DNA from: Octopus sinensis
Taxonomy: Eukaryota
Assembly (NCBI RefSeq): GCF_006345805.1
Contig: NC_043002.1
Coordinates: 82,708,001-82,772,000 of the forward strand
Length of the DNA: 64,000 bases
Direction: 5' to 3'
The notes below the pieces were generated by a model, which saw only the letters and a program-made list of their open reading frames with translations, was not told the DNA's origin and did not search any database. Below, in pieces: positions 25,039 to 39,429 of the stretch. Within the stretch, counting starts at the first letter, position 1. Every line of letters starts with the position of its first letter. The translations under genes and the position numbers were made by a program.

Positions 25039-25811
25039 GCTATAAACTCCTTATTTTTGTTCAGAAAAAAGGTAGTGGGGATCGGACCCCCCCCCCACCT
25101 CGTATCCCGGAATCATTGGAAATTTTTTTTTCCGTTGAATGAATTCTGGTGACCTCTAATATGCTACAAAACCCTTTTTGTAGTCCAGAAAACGGGATGG
25201 GGTCAAGTGGAAGCCTCGGAAATTTCATCCCCACCCGCACGATTTTTCAACGAAGGACTTCTTGTAGTTAATTCTTGCATTCTGAGCAAACAGGGCACTC
25301 AAACAATGCTGTGTATTGACAAAGGCAGTTTATGTTATCTTCTCTGGAAGATTTTCATGTCTAGGATTATAAACAAGTAACGCTATTTTATCCCCCCTCC
25401 CCCATATTCTCATATTTTGAGGGGTAATTAAAATACTAAAAAACCCTGATCACTTGGAAGGTAAATAAATAAGATATTTGGATAAACAAAATGGGGCGGG
25501 GTGGGTATGGCCCTTTTGGATACTCAATTTATATTTTCTAAATGATTGCTTTCCTAGTTTGTCCCAAATCACCCCAATATCCTCTTTAAGTTTGTTCTAA
25601 ATTTTCCCATCTTCCTTATTCGAATAATGCCCTATTTTTGTTTGTTCCTAAATATTCATTACTCGCTTTTGTTCTTAATTTGTTTCACCAAATTCTTAAA
25701 TTTCGAGGGGTAACTTAGGATAAACTAAAAAAGAAGAAAATGAAATGCCTGTTGACTTTTGTGAAGTCTATGTTATTGCTCATTATATTGCTAATTAGTT
25801 ACTTAGGTATA

Positions 25812-26314
25812 CAGTGATCCCTCACTACTTCGCAGTTCAACTATCACAGATTCACGACATCACGGATTTTTAAAATATATATATATATATATATATGAAC
25901 ACCTAAAATTTTTCATTAAATCCATTATTTAATAATAAATATTATTTCCTGGTCTAGGAACAACAAAACAAGTGTAAAATAGCAAAAAAGCATATACAGG
26001 GGTATTTGAACTTAAGACAGGCTGTGATTGGTGCAATGGAGAGAGACGACGAATCACAGCTTTCTGTTTTATAATCTGGCCTATGTAACAGTAACAATCT
26101 TTATTTTTTTTAAGCTCAAGTGTTATTGCTTAACAGTTGTCCTTGTTATTAATAGATTACTGTAATGGGTTGGTTGTTAACAGTACGGGGCGGGTTTTAA
26201 AAGTCCAAATACACGTTAAATAAATACTGTAAATATGATGTCCCTACTTTGTGGAAATTCAGTTATCGTGGCCGGTCTCGGAACCAATCTACTGCGATAA
26301 ACGAGGAATCACTG
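25812..26314. mobile_element. Tc1/mariner (Tigger-type) MITE
   Basis: TA|CAGTGATCCCTC..GAGGAATCACTG|TA: terminal inverted repeats with a TA target duplication. Confidence 0.75.
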
Positions 26315-27261
26315 TAATATAAAAATAAAGTGAAACTGAATTAATTTCTCTTTATATAAAATTCTTTGTGTGTCTGTTCCCTATGCATTCTCAAACAGCT
26401 CCACCAAATTAAATTAAATTTTACAAGGTATTAGTATTAGACCCTGCTGGTGTCAACATGTAATTTTTATTTTCATTTGGATTAAAACATATAACATTTT
26501 ACCTAAAATAATCTTTCTATAGTCAACTATAGTAAAGGACATTTCATACTGCAATGATGATGACAACACATTTTGTATACATTTCTATATTTGAGAGATG
26601 AAGAATTATACATTATTTACATTTGATGGATATTTGTCCTCATCTTGTTTGTTGTTAACGTTTAAGCTGATATACTCTTCAGCCTTCTTCAGGTGACCTC
26701 GGCGGAATTTGAACTTGGAACATAAAGACAAAAGCATTTCACCCAGTGTGCTAATGTTTCTTTTCTACTCTAGGCACAAGGCCTGAAATTTGGGGGGAGA
26801 GGTCAGTCAATTAGAGCGATCTCAGTATGCAACTGGTACTTAATTTATTGAACTCGAAAAGATGAAAGGCAAAGTTGACCTTGGTGGAATTTGAACACGG
26901 AACGTAAAGACAGATGAAATAGTGCTAAGCATTTCGCCCAGTGTGCTAATGTTTCTTGTCTACTCTAGGCACAAAGCCTGTAGTTTTGGGGGAGGAGGCC
27001 AGTTGATTTGATCGACCCCAGTATGCAACTAGTACTTAATTTATCAACCCCTGAAAGGTAAAGTCAACCTCAGTGGGAAAGAATAAAAGAATACTGCTAC
27101 AGCAGTGTACCCAGAGCTGGATTATGACCCATAGAGGCCCTAAGCACACAAAAATTTTGGTGCCTCCTTATATAATCCGAAATGTAAACAATAATGAACA
27201 ATAAAATAAATTTTTATTTTTCAAAATGGAAGAAAACTAAGAGTAAAATGGGAAATAATAC

Positions 27262-27660
27262 TCTTTTACTTGTTTCAGTCATTTGACTGTGGCCATGCTG
27301 GAGCACCACCTTTAGTCGAGCAAATCGACCCCAGGACTTATTCTTTGTAAGCTTAGTACTTATTCTATCGGTCTCTTTTGCCAAACTACTAAGTTATGGG
27401 GACATAAACACACCAACATCAGTTGTCAAGCGAAGTTGGGGGGACAAACACAGACACACAAACATACACACACACATATATATATACATATATACGACAG
27501 GCTTCTTTCAGTTTCTGTCTACCAAATCCACTCACAAGGCTTTGGTTGGCCTGAGGCTATAGTAGAAGACACTTGCCCATGGTGCCATGCAGTGGGACTG
27601 AACCCGGAACCATGTGGTTGATAAGTAAGCTACTTACCACACAGCCACTCCTACACCTAT
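27262..27660 (-). mobile_element. SINE family A, full-length copy
   Basis: tRNA-like head (gtggctgtgtggtaagtagctt..ggttccgggttcagtccc), body and tail. A similar full copy lies at 41585-41948. Confidence 0.8.
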
Positions 27661-28686
27661 GTTTATTTTTGTTTACTTTTACTTTATTTATATTTGAAAA
27701 GTTTCCTCTTATCTTTTCTAATTGAACAACCTTTGATCAGATTCTGAAAATTAAATAAGTACCAGTTATGCACTGGGGTCAATACAATCGACTTAATCCA
27801 TTTGTCTGTCCTTGTTTGTCCCCTCTATGTTTAGCCCCTTGTGGGTAGTAAAGAAATAGGTAATATCCCTAGACTCAGTTGCTCATACATGGAAATCCAG
27901 CTGGGAGGTTTACTGAGGGTTGCTTCTGATAGGAACCCATGGAAGAAGTGCATGAAGAGTCTACTGCCATCACTCTCCCAGAAATTATGGGTGGAGATAA
28001 TAGATGGAAATGAATAGCCAGTGCCGCCTGACTGGCTCCCATGCTGGTGGCACATAAAAAGCACTACTTGAGTGTAGTCATTACCAGTGTCACCTGACTG
28101 GCTCTCATGCTGGTGGCATGTAAAAAGCATCATTCAAGCATGGTCATTACCAGTTCCACCTGATTGGCTCCCATGCTGGTGGCATGTAAAAGGCACCATT
28201 GAAGTGTGGTTGATGCCAGTGCCATCTGACTAGCCCTCATGTCAGTGGCACATATAAAGCACCCAATACACTCAGAGTGGTTGGCATTAGGAAGGGCATC
28301 CAGCAGTAGAAACCTTGCCAGATGAGATTGGAACCTGGTGCAGCCAACTGGCTTGCCAGTCCTCAGTCAAACCATCCAACCTATGTCAGCATCGAAAGCA
28401 GACATTTAACTATGATGATGATGACGATGTTGAAAATCCTTCTCTGTGAAGGTATCATGGTAAACAAGAATAAATGGAGGTAGTTTAAGAAATGAAACAT
28501 CATCATCGGTGACCCATCTTTATATTATGTCAACTGTGAACCACAGCTGATGTTTTGTTTAATGTGAACATGAGTTTTGTTATGTCAATTGCAAAATATA
28601 AGCATGTTATGTAATGTCTTGTCATTATTATTTTTTGTATTTCACAACATATTTTATTGTTTCTTTGGTTTTTCATTTTCTTTTAG

Positions 28687-28847
28687 CTTCAATACTTACT
28701 AATCAAGAGATTTTAGACTTACTGTGTATTCTATCCAATGATGAAGAGCTTTTGTTACTATCAATGAAAGCATGAAGGGTGCTGCATTAACTGGAATCAC
28801 AGCACTTGTTGGAGGTCTGTTCTTTGGACCCCCTGGACTTGCTATTG
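28687..28847 (+). CDS. C19orf12: C19orf12/Nazo-family protein, main exon; 161 nt, 1 nt short, frameshift at the T-run 28750-28753
   Basis: Acceptor ttttag and donor g|gtaagt. SILTNQEILDLLCILSNDEEL followed by VTINESMKGAALTGITALVGGLFFGPPGLAIG in the next frame, matching human [37 protein letters not shown] (recalled). Confidence 0.88.
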
Positions 28848-28897
28848 GTAAGTTGTAAATATCATATTATTTCTGAGAAATTAATAGATTTAATTAA

Positions 28898-29118
28898 CCC
28901 TTTTGATACCAACCTGACTGAAACTGCTTCTGGCTCTGAGTACAAATGTCTTGTTTTCATAAGTTTAGAATTAAAATCTTCCACCAAACTTTAGTCACAA
29001 TTTATGTTCCTGAAACTAGCTGAATGATAACAAAGTTATTTTACTAAATTCTATGTTATATTTAAAATTAAGTGAAAGAAACAAAGAGCATCTCAACAGA
29101 AATACAGTAATGAAAGGG
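28898..29118. mobile_element. piggyBac-type MITE
   Basis: TTAA|CCCTTT..AAAGGG|TTAA. Same family at 29150-29342, 38822-39042 and 51499-51718. Confidence 0.75.
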
Positions 29119-29149
29119 TTAAAATATATAATAGAGAAACAATTCTTAA

Positions 29150-29342
29150 CCCTTTCGATACCAACCTAGTTGAAACCACTTCTGGCTCTGTAGTACAAAT
29201 GTCTTGTTTTCAAAAGTTCTGAATTAAAAATCTTCCACACTAGCTGAATGATAACTAAGTTATTTTACTAAATTCTTTGTTATATTTAAAATTAATTGAA
29301 AGAAACACAGAGCAGCTCAACAGAAATAGGGTAGCAAAAGGG
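29150..29342. mobile_element. piggyBac-type MITE, adjacent second copy
   Basis: TTAA-flanked with CCCTTTCGATAC..GTAGCAAAAGGG termini. Confidence 0.7.
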
Positions 29343-32300
29343 TTAAAATATATAATAGGGTAACAAAAGGGTTAAGGTGTTTTATATTTACCCCTTTAGT
29401 ACTACTAAAAATCCTCAGGTTCAAATATTACCCAAGTTATTAATCCTCACTTATTCCTTTGTATTATAGCCACAAAAGCAACTCCAGTGCTCAACTGGTA
29501 CTTATTTCATTGACCCTGGGAGAGGGAGGGTGCTAGGGGCGGTCTGTCTTGGATGGCACTTTTCATCTTGTAGGCTATAAGCCAGAATAGATTATATTGG
29601 AATAATACAGCATGTGATAATTCCTGACATTATAAAAAGAAACTACTGGAGATACAGGACTTTTAGGTCTGCTGTAGGCAATATGTTTTCTGTGGGGTCT
29701 GGTGGGGCAACAAATGGAAGGGCCAAACTCTAGCCCTTTAACATGATTTAGTTATAATTTTCACCCTCCAACTCTTGTAATCTACTTGCTATCATACAAA
29801 TTTGTTGCATAGTTTCAGTTTAAAGATAAGAGACCCCTACGACATAATGTATATTGTTCCAAGTCATTTACAGAATGTATAATGTTCCAAGTCATTGACA
29901 TTTCCTGTTATCTCTGCTTGTGGCAGAACATGCACTGCCGTGAGATAGTTGCCTCCGTAGTTATGAATCTATTTTTATTGGACATAACGCATATTAGTTT
30001 TTCATCAGCCATACCCTTCCAATCTGGCTTAGGGCATGTTAGAAAAAGGTATTCATTTCAGAGTTTTCCTTCTCCTACATTAATTGCTTTCACTGTATCT
30101 AAGGAGTTCAATGTACCCTTAGTGTGTGATTCAAATGCATTGTGGGTAGTGAAACAGGGTGTCCTGAACATAATATTCAGACATATGCTATGAATACAGG
30201 CTGTACTGAATTACAATCATCATCATCATCGTTTAACGTCTGCTTTCCATGCTGGCATGGGTTGGACGATTTGACTGAGGTTTGGTGAACCAGATGGCTG
30301 CACCAGACACCAATCTGATCTGGCAGAGTTTCTACACCAACCACCCCGAGAGTGTAGTGGGTGATTTTACGTGCCACTAGCACGATGGCCAGTCAAGCGG
30401 TACTGGCAACGGCCATGCTCAAAAGATGCTTTTTATGTGCCACCTGCACAGGAGCCAGTCCAGCGGCACTAACAACGACCTCACTTGAATGTTTTTCTCA
30501 TGTGCCACCAGCACAAGTGCCAGTAAGGTGACGAAAATTACAATAGATATAGAACAAGAGGACTCACAGATTGCAAACCTACACCAAGGCAACACCAACG
30601 TCTTCTCAACGATTAGCCAGAGATGATTTTTAAAATAAAAATATCTGAAATAAACTTGACTGCTCTCACAAACATGAATACTAAAAATGAACCCGATCAC
30701 TCTCAAAAATAGATGGGACCCTGGTAGGTACTTAGTGTTCTGGATCAGAATGGACCAGGATTAATTGTAATTAAATGGTGACTCCCTGCACTCAACAACT
30801 CTAGAACTCCCAAGCTGGAGCCTCACCACTGAATGCAGTTTAATGTTATACTCGAGACAAGTTTAAAGTATAAGATATTAACACTTGTGTCACACATTAA
30901 GACCTATCTCTCTATCACTTCTATGACCTTCCAAATTTTCTTTTTGTCAGAATGATATCAGCTAATGCTGATAACACAGTCTCGATTAAAAAACAAAACA
31001 AAACACTTGTGTTCACCTTTATTTCTCCTATGTTTGCTTTGTGACTCGTAACTGGTAAAACTATTCAGTTTAGAAGTTAATTAACACCTATACCTCCACC
31101 TTAGCAAAAGTGGAGGTATTGTTTTCAGTTGTGTTTTGTTTGTTTGTTTGTCTGTGGAAAAGATATCTCAAGAACCACTAGATGGATTTGGATGAAACTT
31201 TCATGGATGTTTGGCCTCATGACTGGCATGAACTTATCAGGTTTTAGGATCGATCCAGTACTGGCCAAGGATTCTGGCTTATTTTTCCTGTTTATATCAC
31301 TTAATTTTTGAGAGTCGTTGGGTTCATTTTTAGTATTCCTGCTTGTAAGAGCAGTCGAGTTTATTTCAGATATTCTCATTTTAAAAATCATCTCTGTCTA
31401 ATCATTGAGAGGGCATTGATGTTGCCTTAGCGGAGGTTTGCTTACTGAGTACTCTTGTTCTATATGTATTGTAACATTAAGTAATTCAATATGGCCTGTG
31501 TTCATAGCATATGCCTGAGTATTAAGTTCAGGACACCCAGTTTCGCTACCCACAATGCATTGCTGACCAACAGACAAACGAAATTTGAATCACACACAAA
31601 AACAAAATCTCTGGCTTTATCCTTCCTATTTTTTTTTTTTTTGCTATACTCTCCTTGCCATAATTTAGTTCTCCATTTAATTTTGATTATTAATGAAATC
31701 TTGAAATGAACTGAAAATAGAGTTCAGTTATTTTGTTATGGTTATCTCTGCAGAAATTATAACCAGCATTGACTTTTTTGCTGCAACCTTTCATATTGTG
31801 ACATCAAATGTAAACAAACAATGAGATCATCATCATCATACGTCCACTTTCCATGCTGGCATGGGTTGGACGGTTTGACTGAGGACTGATGAGCTATAGG
31901 CTGCACCAGGCTTGATCTGATCTTGCAAAGTTTCTACAGCTGGATGCCCTTCCTAACACCAACCACTCCGAGAGTGTAATGAGTGCTTTTACATGCCACT
32001 GGCATGAGGGCCAGTCAGGTGGTTCTGGCAACGACCACGCTCAAAAGGGGTTTTTACGTGCTACCTGCACGGGAGCCAGTCCATCAGCACTGGCAATGAC
32101 CACACTCGAATGTTGTTTTTCACATGCCACCAACACATGTGCCGGTAAGGCGACACTGGCAATGATCACACTCGAATGGTGCTTTTCATGTGCCACCGGC
32201 ACAGGAGCCAACCCGTGGCCCTGGCAATGATCATGCTCAGATGTGCTCGGGTAATGTATAATGCCAAAAGTAGGCTTTGATCTAATTGTGTGTTTACATC

Positions 32301-32585
32301 TGATGTCTCGATATGAAATGTAGCAAAAATCAGCGCTAGCTAAAATTTCTATAGAATTCCCACAGAAATAACCTTAGCAAAATAATGTAAAATGCACTGC
32401 TAACACAGTAGGACGTGGTGTTGACTTATAAAAACATTTAATGTACTTTATAGTATATTTTGGTTGCATAATGAAATACCAGATGTCAACAAATCATTAG
32501 AGTTCAGTTGTTAAAAAAAAAATGTCTGATATTTAATGAAAGTCTTCTGTAAAATAATTGTATTTATATGTATATTTTTTTTTAG

Positions 32586-32842
32586 GTGGTGCAGTTGGTG
32601 GATTAGCAGCATCAGGAATGGCCAAGAATTTTAAACCTGTTTCTCAGATCATTTGTGAAATGTCAGAAGAAAAAAAGGAGTTATTATGCTCAAAAGTTAA
32701 ATATGCGTTAGTGAATGCAGCTATTCCATATGGTCCCAATCTCTTACGTTATGTGCAGTCCCATCCATGTGTCTCTGAGGAACTGATAAACATCATGAGA
32801 ACATTTGTTACCAGTGAACTTGGTATGAATTTAAAAGCATGA
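32586..32842 (+). CDS. C19orf12: C19orf12/Nazo-family protein, last exon
   Basis: Acceptor ttttttag. GAVGGLAASGMAKNFKPVSQIICEMSEEKKELL..TFVTSELGMNLKA* continues the Gly-rich segment and FKPV.QI motif of C19orf12. Confidence 0.9.
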
Positions 32843-35800
32843 CACATCGATGTTACAAAATCTTGGTTCATTTTTTTTTAAAAGATTTTGAATTTTTTTT
32901 TTTTTTGCTATATGAGTCAGTCTTCTCCATAATTATCATCTCTGAGCACCGTTTCACATATCTTCACTCTCTGCTCTACCTTGGGGTGGGGTGTCCTGAC
33001 AAATATCCACCACCAACTCTCTCATGCTCCCTATCTCTGTCTTTCTCTCTCAGTCTCTCTTTCTCTCCTTTCTTCTTCCTCCAACTGGGATATCCTTGTA
33101 TCCCTTCTCCAGCAAGCTAGCTCTCTCTCTGTCCCTCTCTTATTCTTTTAGCCTCTCATCAACTGATACTAAGCCAGCCCCTTCAATACTATTCTCATTT
33201 TCTAGTCGAGGGGTCTTTGTCTGGCAAGTTATATTGTGATCTCAATGGTGCTGGTGCCACATAAAAAGCACCCAGTACACTCTGTAGACTGATTGGCATT
33301 AGGAAGGACATCCAGCTGTGGAAATCATATCAAAACAGACAATAGAGTTTGGCGCAGCCCTCTGCCTTACCAGTTCTGATCAAACCGTCCAACTCATGCC
33401 AACATAGAAAATGGATGTTCAGTAAAAGAGACCGGCAGTATAAATACTAGGCTTACTAAGAATAAGTCCTGGGGTCGATTTGTTTGACTAAAGGTGGTGC
33501 TCCAGCATGGCCACAGTCAAATGACTGAAAAAAGTAAAAGTGTAAAAGAAAGCCTGGTACATATTCTGTTGGTCTGTTTTTCCGAGCCACTAAGTTACAG
33601 GGATATAAACACACCAATACTGGTAGTCAGGTGGTGGTGGACAAACACACACACACACACACATGCACACATGATGGGCTTCTTTTCCAGTTTCCATCTA
33701 TCAAGCCCATTCTCAAGGTTTTGGTTGGCCCAGGGCTATTTTACAGGTACCAAACCTCTTATCCAGAATCCAGAAATCTGAAATCCCCAGAAATCCAGCT
33801 ATTTTTGAAACTGGCTAGCTTAGAATTTGGCAAGGTGTAGTAGTTTGCCGCATGGCTACTTTGTTTTGGTTTCCATGGCATATGTGTCACACGACACCAG
33901 TTCCTCTGTGACTGCTGCTGAGTGGATGCCCTCCTCTCATAGGTAGTGGTCTTAATTAATGTTCTTTACTTTTCGTTGTTTATTTTTCATCCTATATATT
34001 ATATGTGCTCCAGTATTCTATATATATCTTAAGAGTTTTAAGAATTTTAAGTGCCTTAAAGATCAGACTCTGCTTTAGAAATGTATTAATTTGTATATGT
34101 TATACAATTTTGTGTGCTTTACTTTCCGTTATTTATTTTATATTTTTGGTAGATATTTAGCCTGTGTCTAGAAATACAGACCACATCCGGTCCCATGGTT
34201 GCTGGATAAGAAGTTCGGTACCTGTATAAGATATCTGCCTAAGGTTCCGTGCAGTTAAGCTTGTTGGTCTTGTACCAAAATTTGAAGCCAGCATTCTGTG
34301 GAAATGTATTTACTCATTGGGGGAAATATTACCTCACTTGGAAACACTGGTGAGGGCTGGTGACAGGGAGGGCATCTGGTTGTAGAAAATCTGCCACAAT
34401 AAATTCCTTCCAAACCCATGCAAGCATGGAAAAAATGACAACTTTCTCATGTATGAGTTACATCCCTGATTTAGTCTTAATCCTTTAGAATTCAGGTTTC
34501 TTTGTCATATATGTTTTTGTTTTATTCACATTGTTTTTAATTCATCATGTGTCACTTTGTAGCTTTGAGATTTCATTGATGTGGTTGTTTATGTGTAGAA
34601 TAATATTTTAGGGTAGGTGTGAGAAGCTGAATCTAGCCAGTTTGAACATAAAACAGTATTCTGGCCAGATATAGCTAGTTTAAATGCTAAACGGTTAAAT
34701 CTTTGTACAAATCATTTTCCCTTCATTGTTTTAACCTTGCCCCATATATAATTCACATCCCAGCTTTTCCCACTTAAGTTCAAATATAAAACTGAATGGC
34801 TTTCATTCTTATCCGAAGATGTATTATAATCTTTTAATATTTTTCGTACTATCGGGACTAGGAATAAAACGATTAAAAAGCAAACACCTCATATATCCAA
34901 TGATAGTCGAAAATGTAGAGGTTATAACACTGATAAGAATGAAACTGATACAAATCTTCTGATAAGAATGAAACTGATTTATTGTTCCATTTGCTAAACA
35001 AATTAAGGATAATTTGGTTGGTACTTTATACAAACTGTTTTCCAAACATTTTACAAAAGAAAATATGTTATGATATTATTATCCCGAGGCTTTTTAGAAT
35101 TGGTCATTTTGTCTTTAATAATTTATATCAGATTATGTTTTCGATTAATGAAAGAAAATTATTACGGAGATGTACTCGCATAGCAAGTGATTTGATCTGA
35201 GATCGTGTGCTGGAACGAAAACAATTGCAGCGTGGAAGGTGTTTGTAAGCCATTTAAGAAACACACAAAAGCCGTTCGATTCACTTCAACATTTAAGTTT
35301 AATTTGTCAAAATATTTTCGTCGCTAAAATCCGCGACCTGTTCACTGACAAAAAGAAAATTATTATGTTATTTTTATAACAATTGTATCAATTGTAAACG
35401 ATGTAGCATTATTACCAATCGATATCTAATGTACAAAGGGAAACTACTCTAGTAAAATCCTATCCCAACCTTTTGAATGTAAATAAAACTACGAACAATA
35501 AATATCTAATTGGTAATGATAGGAAACAGAGTAATAATATGAGTAATAAGGAAAACACTTATTCCTAACCATATTTACATCTTTAATAACAGAAACAGCC
35601 TTAGTAAATTTATTTGGGATTTAAAGGACAAGAATAAATGTTCTTCTGTGGAGTGGGAAATTATAGGAAACTCTTTCTGCTTTCTTTGTTAGAAGAGCTC
35701 TATTTGATATTATTTTCTAAAAGACTTCTCTTATATGCTAGTATAGAAATGGGATTTTCTTGTGTGCCTGCATCTAAATGGACATTTAGGAACTATCATT

Positions 35801-36849
35801 AGGATTATAGTAATTATTGATAATTGCTTATATATTAAAAATGCGTATGTTTTTAAATAGATTAATATTTCTGGTATAATGCAGTTTTTTGGGTTTAATA
35901 TACTAAATAAGTATAAAAACTAATTAAATATTGTAAAAATAAGTTACATCTAATATAAGTGGCATTGTTTATTGATTTTACGGTAAATTCCATTAAACAT
36001 ACTTCTCTAAAATATTTAGTTAAAATTCCTATAGTAACCTGTTAAACTAAACTTAAGATATAGAATATTATCTTAAAATAGTGGCAGTTTTGGTGTATTT
36101 GGTTACAATGTAGATTTTCTATATGTAGTATCTGGTAATATGTTGGTTCTGATTATGTTTTCGTAATAAGTACTGACCGTATATTTACGCAAATATTGAT
36201 GACATAACTATTTTAGATGAAATTAAATGGAATTTGATATAATATATTTTACTAATCTTCAGTATTGTTAACAAACATATACTCAATTACTTGATGTATT
36301 TAGCTACCTTCTCTTTCACACTTTATCTATAATGTTCTCCCCCATTCATTTGTTTTTATCTATCATTCTCTAACACCATCAATGAACTATTGTGTATCAT
36401 ATTTGTACAAGCACAAATATGTTGAATGTGTTTATTTATATATATATATATATATATATGCTAATAATGTCTTCCTAAGAATCTGAGTTTGTTGTAAGTT
36501 GATCTTCACGTGGAAATGTGACTTCCTTTTGAAATTTTCCCTGAGGAAATACCTATTTAACTGGTTTCAAATATGGAAATTTTGATTTTATTTCTGTAAT
36601 TGAATTGATTGGTGTGGAAACAGCTGTAGGCTGGAATTTCTCTGTATGAATTTGAATGTTTTTAAATAAATAACACCTGTTAATCAATTTTATCCATTTT
36701 CTCATTCGTAAAGTCTTTTTAATTACCTACATGTTTCGGCGATAAACTAATATACTTGATTTTCACCGAACACTGGTATAAACCAGAGAACTAGGAGATC
36801 CTCGCATCCCTTAAGGGATTTTAGTTCCTTGACCTTATAAAATTAGATG

Positions 36850-37455
36850 TACATGTCTATATAAGATACAGATGGATGAGGAGAGCTGTGGGAAGAAGTG
36901 CCACTCCCAAACAGTTGAAGGAATCCAGAGTAGAGGAAGACATGAGATGAGGTGGTGAAGCATGATGTTCAAACATTGGGCCTCACAGAGGTAATGACAA
37001 AGGACCGAGACTTCTGAAGATATGCTGTGACTGCAGAGACCAGGCAAATAAAGTGAGTTCACAGCTGTAACCTACACCAGTGTCGCATAACCTGCTCCAG
37101 CCCACTCAAAAGTACCTTGGATCGTAGGGTGACATGCTGTGATTGAGGAGACCTGTTGAGTCAAGTACATCAACATCAAGATCAAATGGAAATTGTAGTT
37201 GTGATCCCTGTGCTGGTGGTACGTAACAAGCACCATCCAAATATGGCCAATGCCAGCGCCGCCTTGACTGGCTTGTGCCGGTGGCATGTAAAAAGTACCC
37301 ACTACACTCAAGGTGTGGTTGGCGTTAGAAAGGGCATCCAGCTGTAGAAACACTGCCAGATCAGACTGGAGCTTGGTGCAGCCTCCTGGCTTCCCAGTCG
37401 AACTGTCCAACCCATGCCAGCATGGAAAACGGATGTTAAACAATGATGATGATAA
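36850..37455 (+). mobile_element. 5'-truncated RTE-clade LINE (degenerate ORF end plus 3' UTR with GAT tail)
   Basis: Degenerate translation MDEESCGKKCHSQTVEGIQSRGR..KHDVQTLGLTEVMTKDRD, resembling the RTE C-terminal GRPR..W..DR..WR region. Confidence 0.65.
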
Positions 37456-37989
37456 GGTAATAATCTATTTTCAAACACAGAAATGCTGATAAAACAGCAG
37501 AAACTGGATAAAATACCAATATAAAGTGGAAAATATTTGTCAGCAATCAACCATGAGACTCAAACTCAATTGTGTTGTCAGTGGCAGTTTAGTTGCTGAC
37601 AACTCATGGCTGGCTGTCAACAACTAGCCATGAGTTTGAGTCTCATGGCTGGTTGCTGACAATTTTTTCTGTTTTACATCGATAGTTTATCCTGTTCCTC
37701 CAGTTCTATCAGTGTTTCTGTGTTTGAAAATATATTATGACCTTATCTGTATCCTACAATACATTTCAATGCTTCTAAAAACAAACATTAGTTTGTTTAC
37801 ATTTATCATAATTTGAATTTCACATACATACATATCTGTAATTGTAATATGTGACAGTTATTCGATAGCCCTGATAAAACTCAAAGCTACTGAATAATTG
37901 TCACATATTATATTTGCAGATAAATTCCTCTATTTACATAATATCGAGGTCTCTTTCATTCTTTTGTTGTCTTACCATTTCTATTATTG

Positions 37990-38024
<35 letters not shown>

Positions 38025-38209
38025 CAAATTATAATTTAGGGTATCTGAAAGATACTACCACGCTGAAAATAGCAGTTAAAACCTGACTCTAAAGCCACAT
38101 TAAATTATAATTTGAATAATTATTACCTTTGAAAGGTTTTTATTTCCATGCTGGCCAATATCAATCTTAATCTTATTTATAAATTTATATATATATATAT
38201 ATATATATA

Positions 38210-38340
38210 CACCAGAGTAAGCACATAAATGTGAAACAAGGTGGAAAAAAAGAGTACTCAAAAACTGTCCGACGAATGGGAATGTGAAACTCCGAGTAAC
38301 AGCTTTTGTTACATTTCTGCTGCTTTTAAATAAAGTATAT
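38210..38340 (+). mobile_element. Short Penelope-like repeat with a minimal hammerhead-like fold at 38265-38302
   Basis: ctgt-ccgacga-atgggaatgt-gaaa-ctccgag-ta-acag. Confidence 0.5.
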
Positions 38341-38763
38341 ATATATATATATATATATACAATTATAAATAAGGGAAAAAAAATTTCTATGCCAATATGC
38401 TGAGAAATAGATTTTAACTCGTCAATAACCACATACAATATGCATCACTATAAATACACATTATGTTGACTTGAGGAAAGTAAGTTAACAGAATTTTTTT
38501 TTATATTCATTATCCCTGTATTGAATGATTTCGGGATTAACCCAATGAATTTTTCCACTCATCAGCAGAGAATATGATAAGAAATAAATGAAATGCTTAC
38601 AAGCACCCATGGGAAAAAAAGCAGAATCAAAAGTCATAAGTACCCTGAATAGAAATTTTTTTATTTTGCCCTTATTTGTAATTGTTTACTTTAATATGAT
38701 GGCCACTTGATGAAATGTTTTTTGAAAAAATTTTATCATCATTTTCATCATCCTATATTAGAA

Positions 38764-38801
<38 letters not shown>

Positions 38802-39429
38802 TAGAAAAAAAACACCTTTAACCCTTTCATTACCAACCTGGCTGAAACCGGCTCTGACTCTGTAGTACAAATGTCTTGTTTTCATAAGTTTTGAATTAAA
38901 ATCTTCCACCAAACATTAGTCACAATTTATGTTCCTCACACTAGCTTAATGATAACAAAGTTATTTTACTAAAGTAATTGTTATATTTAAAGTAATTGAA
39001 AGAAACACAGAGCATCTCAAAATAAATACAGTAACAAAAGGGTTAAACAACTCAAAATGAACAATTAAATTACACCATCTAGAAAATTACATATAATAGA
39101 AACATTAAATTTAAAATAACAATAATATACTGATGATTAAGTAAATTGCAAAAAAATAATAAAAACGCATATATTTGACAACCGATACTGGAGTGTTTAT
39201 GTCCCTGTAACTTAATGGTTCGGCAAAAGAGACCAATAGAATAAGTACTAGGCATACAAAGAATAAGTTCTGAAGTCGATTTGCTCGACTAAAGGTGGTG
39301 CTCCAGCATGGCTGCAGTCAGATGACTGAAACAAGTAAAAGAATATATATAAGTACACACACACACACACATATCCGTTTTTATTATTTTTTGCAATTTA
39401 TTTAATCATCGGTATATTAACACGCAAAT

